DNA from: Candidatus Poribacteria bacterium
Lineage (GTDB): Bacteria > Poribacteria > WGA-4E > PCPOR2b
DNA: 64,000 nt
Reading direction: 5' to 3'
NCBI GenBank assembly: GCA_965215015.1
Contig: OZ244042.1
Span: 2,016,001-2,080,000, forward strand
The translations under genes were made by a program, and so were the position numbers. Each line of letters begins with the position of its first letter. The stretch's first letter is position 1. This document shows, one piece after another, positions 60,469 through 64,000 of this stretch. The notes beneath the pieces are model-generated. The model was not told where the DNA came from and ran no database searches. It saw only the letters and a program-made list of their open reading frames with translations.

Positions 60469-61090
60469 CTGTGTGGCAGTTCAGCCCCTGCCGCGTCCTA
60501 TCTCGCGGATTCGTACCGGTTCTTAGATGTCCCGGAGGGTTCCCAATCCGTGTTTTCCGTGTCCTCCGTTTAATCCGTGATTCAGGTAATACAGAGGCCC
60601 CTGCCTCAGCCCTATCTCGTCGTTTAGATGTGAACGTGAGTCCATCTCATCCTGTGAATCCTTAAATCCCGAAAATCCTGTGTGGCAGTTCAGCCCCTGC
60701 CGCGTCCTATCTCGCGGATTCGTACCGGTTCTTAGATGTCCCGGAGGGTTCCCAATCCGTGTTTTCCGTGTCCTCCGTTTAATCCGTGATTCAGGTAATA
60801 CAGAGGCCCCTGCCTCAGCCCTATCTCGTCGTTTAGATGTGAACGTGAGTCCATCTCATCCTGTGAATCCTTAAATCCCGAAAATCCTGTGTGGCAGTTC
60901 AGCCCCTGCCGCGTCCTATCTCGCGGATTCGTACCGGTTCTTAGATGTCCCGGAGGGTGCTCAATCCGTGTTTTCCGTGTCCTCCGTTTAATCCGTGATT
61001 CAGGTAATACAGAGGCCCCTGTCTCAGCCCTATCTCGTCGTTTAGATGTGAACGTGAGTCCATCCCATCCTGTGAATCCTTAAATCCCGA
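60469..61090. repeat. 209-bp tandem repeat x3
   Basis: CTGTGTGGCAGTTCAG at 60469, 60678, 60887; copy 3 has about 4 substitutions. Confidence 0.95.
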
Positions 61091-61369
61091 GTATACCAAC
61101 ACCATTGCGCTACGGTTCTAGGTTGAATGAGCCCGGCGTGTCGCGCAACATATAGGGTATTTTCGGGCGAGACTCCGCGCAATCCGAATCATCTGGTTAA
61201 TCTGCGATTCAGACAATAATGATGTGAACGTGAGTCCATCTCATCCTGTGAATCCTTAAATCCCGAAAATCCTGATTCAGATTACTTTGAATCCCGAGTA
61301 TACCAACACCATTGCGCTACGGTTCTAGGCTGAATGAGCCCGGCGTGCCGCGCGACATATCGGGTATTT
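61084..61369. repeat. about 78-bp direct repeat pair (61084 and 61291) separated by array-derived modules
   Basis: ATCCCGAGTATACCAACACCATTGCGCTACGGTTCTAGG...GGGTATTT occurs twice. Confidence 0.85.
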
Positions 61370-61725
61370 GCTGAAACGATTTTCGTCATGATTAGACAAA
61401 CGATAAGATAAAAAGTTCGATTTTTTTTAATCACGCAAATCCAATACAGTCGAGCCGCTTCATAGGCACTTACTGTTCAAATCGCAAAAGGTGTTGATTA
61501 ATTGTATCGTTGTGATATAATAACCAATGGTGCGAGTCTGCAACTGTTGATACACTCTCGGATCAAAGACCTTAAGTGAAACGGACAGTAGTAGGTATAC
61601 GGCGTATGCCGTAACCCCTTCCCGCCGCTTGCGCGGGGAGGGGGACGGTACAATGAACTCATGAACTGTTGAATGATGTGGAAACGACAGCCTCACCAAC
61701 TCGCACCAAAAGTCAATACCAATCT

Positions 61726-62382
61726 ATGACCCAAGCAACCAAGCGCGAAAACCTCTATCAAAAACATAAGTGGAAACTTACAGGCGTGGGAATTGGTCTA
61801 GCAATCGGGCTCGGATACCCAATCTTAACAGGTAGTCGCTATAGCCAGTTAGTGGGGTATTTTGCTTATATGAGCTTCGCTTGTACACTGATACCCTTAC
61901 CTACTCCGCCGTATGTGATCGCGCTAGGTAAGGTTTTTCACCCGGGGAGTGTGGCGTTTGTAGGAGCGGTTGCGAATTGCCTTGCCGCACTCGCCGAGTA
62001 TTACGTTATCGCTTGGCTCTTTTCAAAAACAACGCTTCAGCAACAGGTCGAAACAAACCGAATTTTTCAGCGATTTGCTCGCTTTTTTCAGCGCGCAGCG
62101 TTGGCTTGTCTTATCTTTACAGGAGTCATGCCTATCCCTTTTGAACCCTTTCGACTCGCAGCCATCCTTATCCGATATAATGTGCCAAAGTATCTGCTAG
62201 CTGTCTTCATCGGACGATTTATACGTTATTACCTCATCGCGTTGATCGGGTATCTCTATCCTATTTCAAACCGGTACTTAATTGTCATGCTTATCGCCCT
62301 GATTGTGATCCCTGTGATCGGTATATTTGTCAAAAGGCGGACCACGACTCACACCTTCAACCTTACAAAGTTTTTACAATGA
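61726..62382 (+). CDS. VTT/DedA (SNARE-associated, YqaA-like) membrane protein
   Basis: LIPLP, MPIPFEPF, AVFIGRFIRY, several TM helices. Confidence 0.8.
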   Translation: MTQATKRENLYQKHKWKLTGVGIGLAIGLGYPILTGSRYSQLVGYFAYMSFACTLIPLPTPPYVIALGKVFHPGSVAFVGAVANCLAALAEYYVIAWLFSKTTLQQQVETNRIFQRFARFFQRAALACLIFTGVMPIPFEPFRLAAILIRYNVPKYLLAVFIGRFIRYYLIALIGYLYPISNRYLIVMLIALIVIPVIGIFVKRRTTTHTFNLTKFLQ

Positions 62383-63842
62383 CTTCCAAGCCTCCCTGGA
62401 CGCGGTTCATCTTCATCTTAGTTGATGGTTCACCCTATCAGGTCTTTAAGGATTTAATCGAGGAGGGTGCCCTCCCAAATATCAAAAAGTATGTGATAGA
62501 TCGCGGCGTGTTCAAAAAAGCTGTTACCGCGTTTCCATCGACAACGGGTCCTGCCTTCATTCCATTTTTTATGGGACGGTTCCCAGGGCCCGCGAATATC
62601 CCCGGTATCCGTTGGCTATCTAAAAAGCAATTCCAAAACCCGCACCGATTCCGCAGTCCGGGGATATGTAGCTACATGGGAATGGAGGCACTTTCTTTTT
62701 CAACAGACCTACCGAACAGTCCAACCCTATTCGATCGCTTCTCACCTGTGAATAATATCTATAATCTATTGACGCGCGGCTGCCCACCGTCGAGCGACTT
62801 AACCCGTTGGGTTAAACCGCTAGCATACACCTATGCTCACTTTTCTGAGCGGTGGCGGTTTGTGAATGCCATCGCCGCTCGAAAGTTGGTGAAGGCTGTT
62901 AAAGGGGACGCCGAATTTGTGATGTGTCTCTTCCCCGCAGTGGACACTTTTTCACATCTATCACATACGCGATCACCCCATGTCATGGACACCTATCGAG
63001 AGGTGGACAGAACCATTGGTAAGGTCTGCCGCATCTTGCAGGCCTCAAAAGAATTCGACAATACCCTGATTATGATAATAAGCGACCACGGCATGAGCAA
63101 TACACACACGCATATTGACCTCCCACACCACTTGGATAATATAGGGGAGCGGTGTCTCCACTATCCACTGCTCTGGAGACGACGGACTCAATCTGCCAGC
63201 ATGGTTTCGGGGAACGGGATGACACATCTCTATTTTAAGGGAGACGCAAGTGATAATGGGGGGAAGAACAGGTCTATCGCGAAGCCGAAAAAAGGTTGGG
63301 GTGAACGCCTCTTCTTTGAACAACTGAGCCGGAGGGGAGTCATCCAATCGCTGTTAGAAATTGAAGGGCTTGCTCTTGTTGCAGGGCAAAGTGAGGAGGG
63401 AGGCATCATCGTACAGAACAGGAGGGGAAGCGGAAAAATCACCTGCCAAGATGAACTGTTTTCGTATCAATTTCAGGGCACCGATCCGTTGGGGTACGGA
63501 GTCTGCTATCAGAATCTGTCCGCCCGTGATGCTCTCATTCAAACCTACGATTCTGATTATCCGGATGGACTGGTTCAACTCTGGCAGATTTTTCAAGGAG
63601 ACCGAACAGGTGATTTGGTGCTTAGTGCCGACCCCGGATACGACTTACGCGCCCGCTATGAATATCCTGAACATCACGCGACTCACGGGGCCCTCAATGC
63701 GGAACAGATGTTTGTGCCACTTGCGATCAATCTCTCCATCGAAACAGAGTTTATCCGCACTGTTGATTTGTTTCCAACTGTTTTAAATCAGTTCGGGCGC
63801 ACTGTCGAGCCGAGTCAAATTGATGGGCACATCCTTCGCTAG
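62379..63842 (+). CDS. nucleotide pyrophosphatase/phosphodiesterase-like alkaline phosphatase family protein
   Basis: ILVDG, FPSTTGP (Thr nucleophile), DTFSH, ISDHG, THG, RTVDLFPT. Confidence 0.88.
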   Translation: MTSKPPWTRFIFILVDGSPYQVFKDLIEEGALPNIKKYVIDRGVFKKAVTAFPSTTGPAFIPFFMGRFPGPANIPGIRWLSKKQFQNPHRFRSPGICSYMGMEALSFSTDLPNSPTLFDRFSPVNNIYNLLTRGCPPSSDLTRWVKPLAYTYAHFSERWRFVNAIAARKLVKAVKGDAEFVMCLFPAVDTFSHLSHTRSPHVMDTYREVDRTIGKVCRILQASKEFDNTLIMIISDHGMSNTHTHIDLPHHLDNIGERCLHYPLLWRRRTQSASMVSGNGMTHLYFKGDASDNGGKNRSIAKPKKGWGERLFFEQLSRRGVIQSLLEIEGLALVAGQSEEGGIIVQNRRGSGKITCQDELFSYQFQGTDPLGYGVCYQNLSARDALIQTYDSDYPDGLVQLWQIFQGDRTGDLVLSADPGYDLRARYEYPEHHATHGALNAEQMFVPLAINLSIETEFIRTVDLFPTVLNQFGRTVEPSQIDGHILR

Positions 63843-64000
63843 GTCAACTCCTCATTGTACGCGAACAGTGCCGGTGTGCCGCCGGTATGCACGAAAATTA
63901 CCGTCTCATCCGAGGAAATCCGTCCCTTCCGGATGTGATCAATCAACCCTGATAACGCTTTGCTAGTGTAGGAAGGATCAAGGAAGATGCCCTCGGTTCG
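63839..64000 (-). CDS. D-cysteine desulfhydrase / ACC deaminase family, C-terminal end only
   Basis: Manual translation RTEGIFLDPSYTSKALSGLID...VIFVHTGGTPALFAYNEELT*. Confidence 0.88.
   Translation of the reverse strand, partial: RTEGIFLDPSYTSKALSGLIDHIRKGRISSDETVIFVHTGGTPALFAYNEELT

Noticed and set aside
60471-61083. Three repeated 64-aa ORFs as a peptide-precursor array
   Set aside because: GTG starts without RBS; the sequence is built from non-coding modules found elsewhere; no modifying enzymes nearby

Overview
A 64 kb bacterial chromosome segment with moderate GC. The gene content (TolB/PD40, PQQ-like and other beta-propellers, PhyH, sulfatase-like, vWA and Gfo/Idh/MocA proteins) resembles Candidatus Poribacteria; this is inference only. 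About 45 intact CDS are mostly housekeeping or catabolic (dapF, hrpB, rlmL-like, mtnN fusion, ppiD-like, ggt, GH32, CE7, secretin gspD), with one tRNA-Leu(GAG) and three relics (TnpB N-terminus, DDE transposase C-terminus, PhoX). There is no CRISPR, prophage or intact transposase. The most unusual signal is intergenic. At least four families of terminal-inverted-repeat (MITE-like) ends enclose differing non-coding cargo: GTAG-type REP hairpins, C/G-rich hairpins and 9-nt-periodic (A/T)TCC modules ending TGATTCAG. This cargo is amplified into arrays (134 bp x4, 209 bp x3, about 40 bp x3), and the two large arrays flank a secretin mini-operon. Also notable are a sigma factor plus secreted-protein cassette with a recent 994-bp duplication, an exported MTA/SAH nucleosidase fusion, and a sulfatase-like enzyme with Thr at the FGly site.
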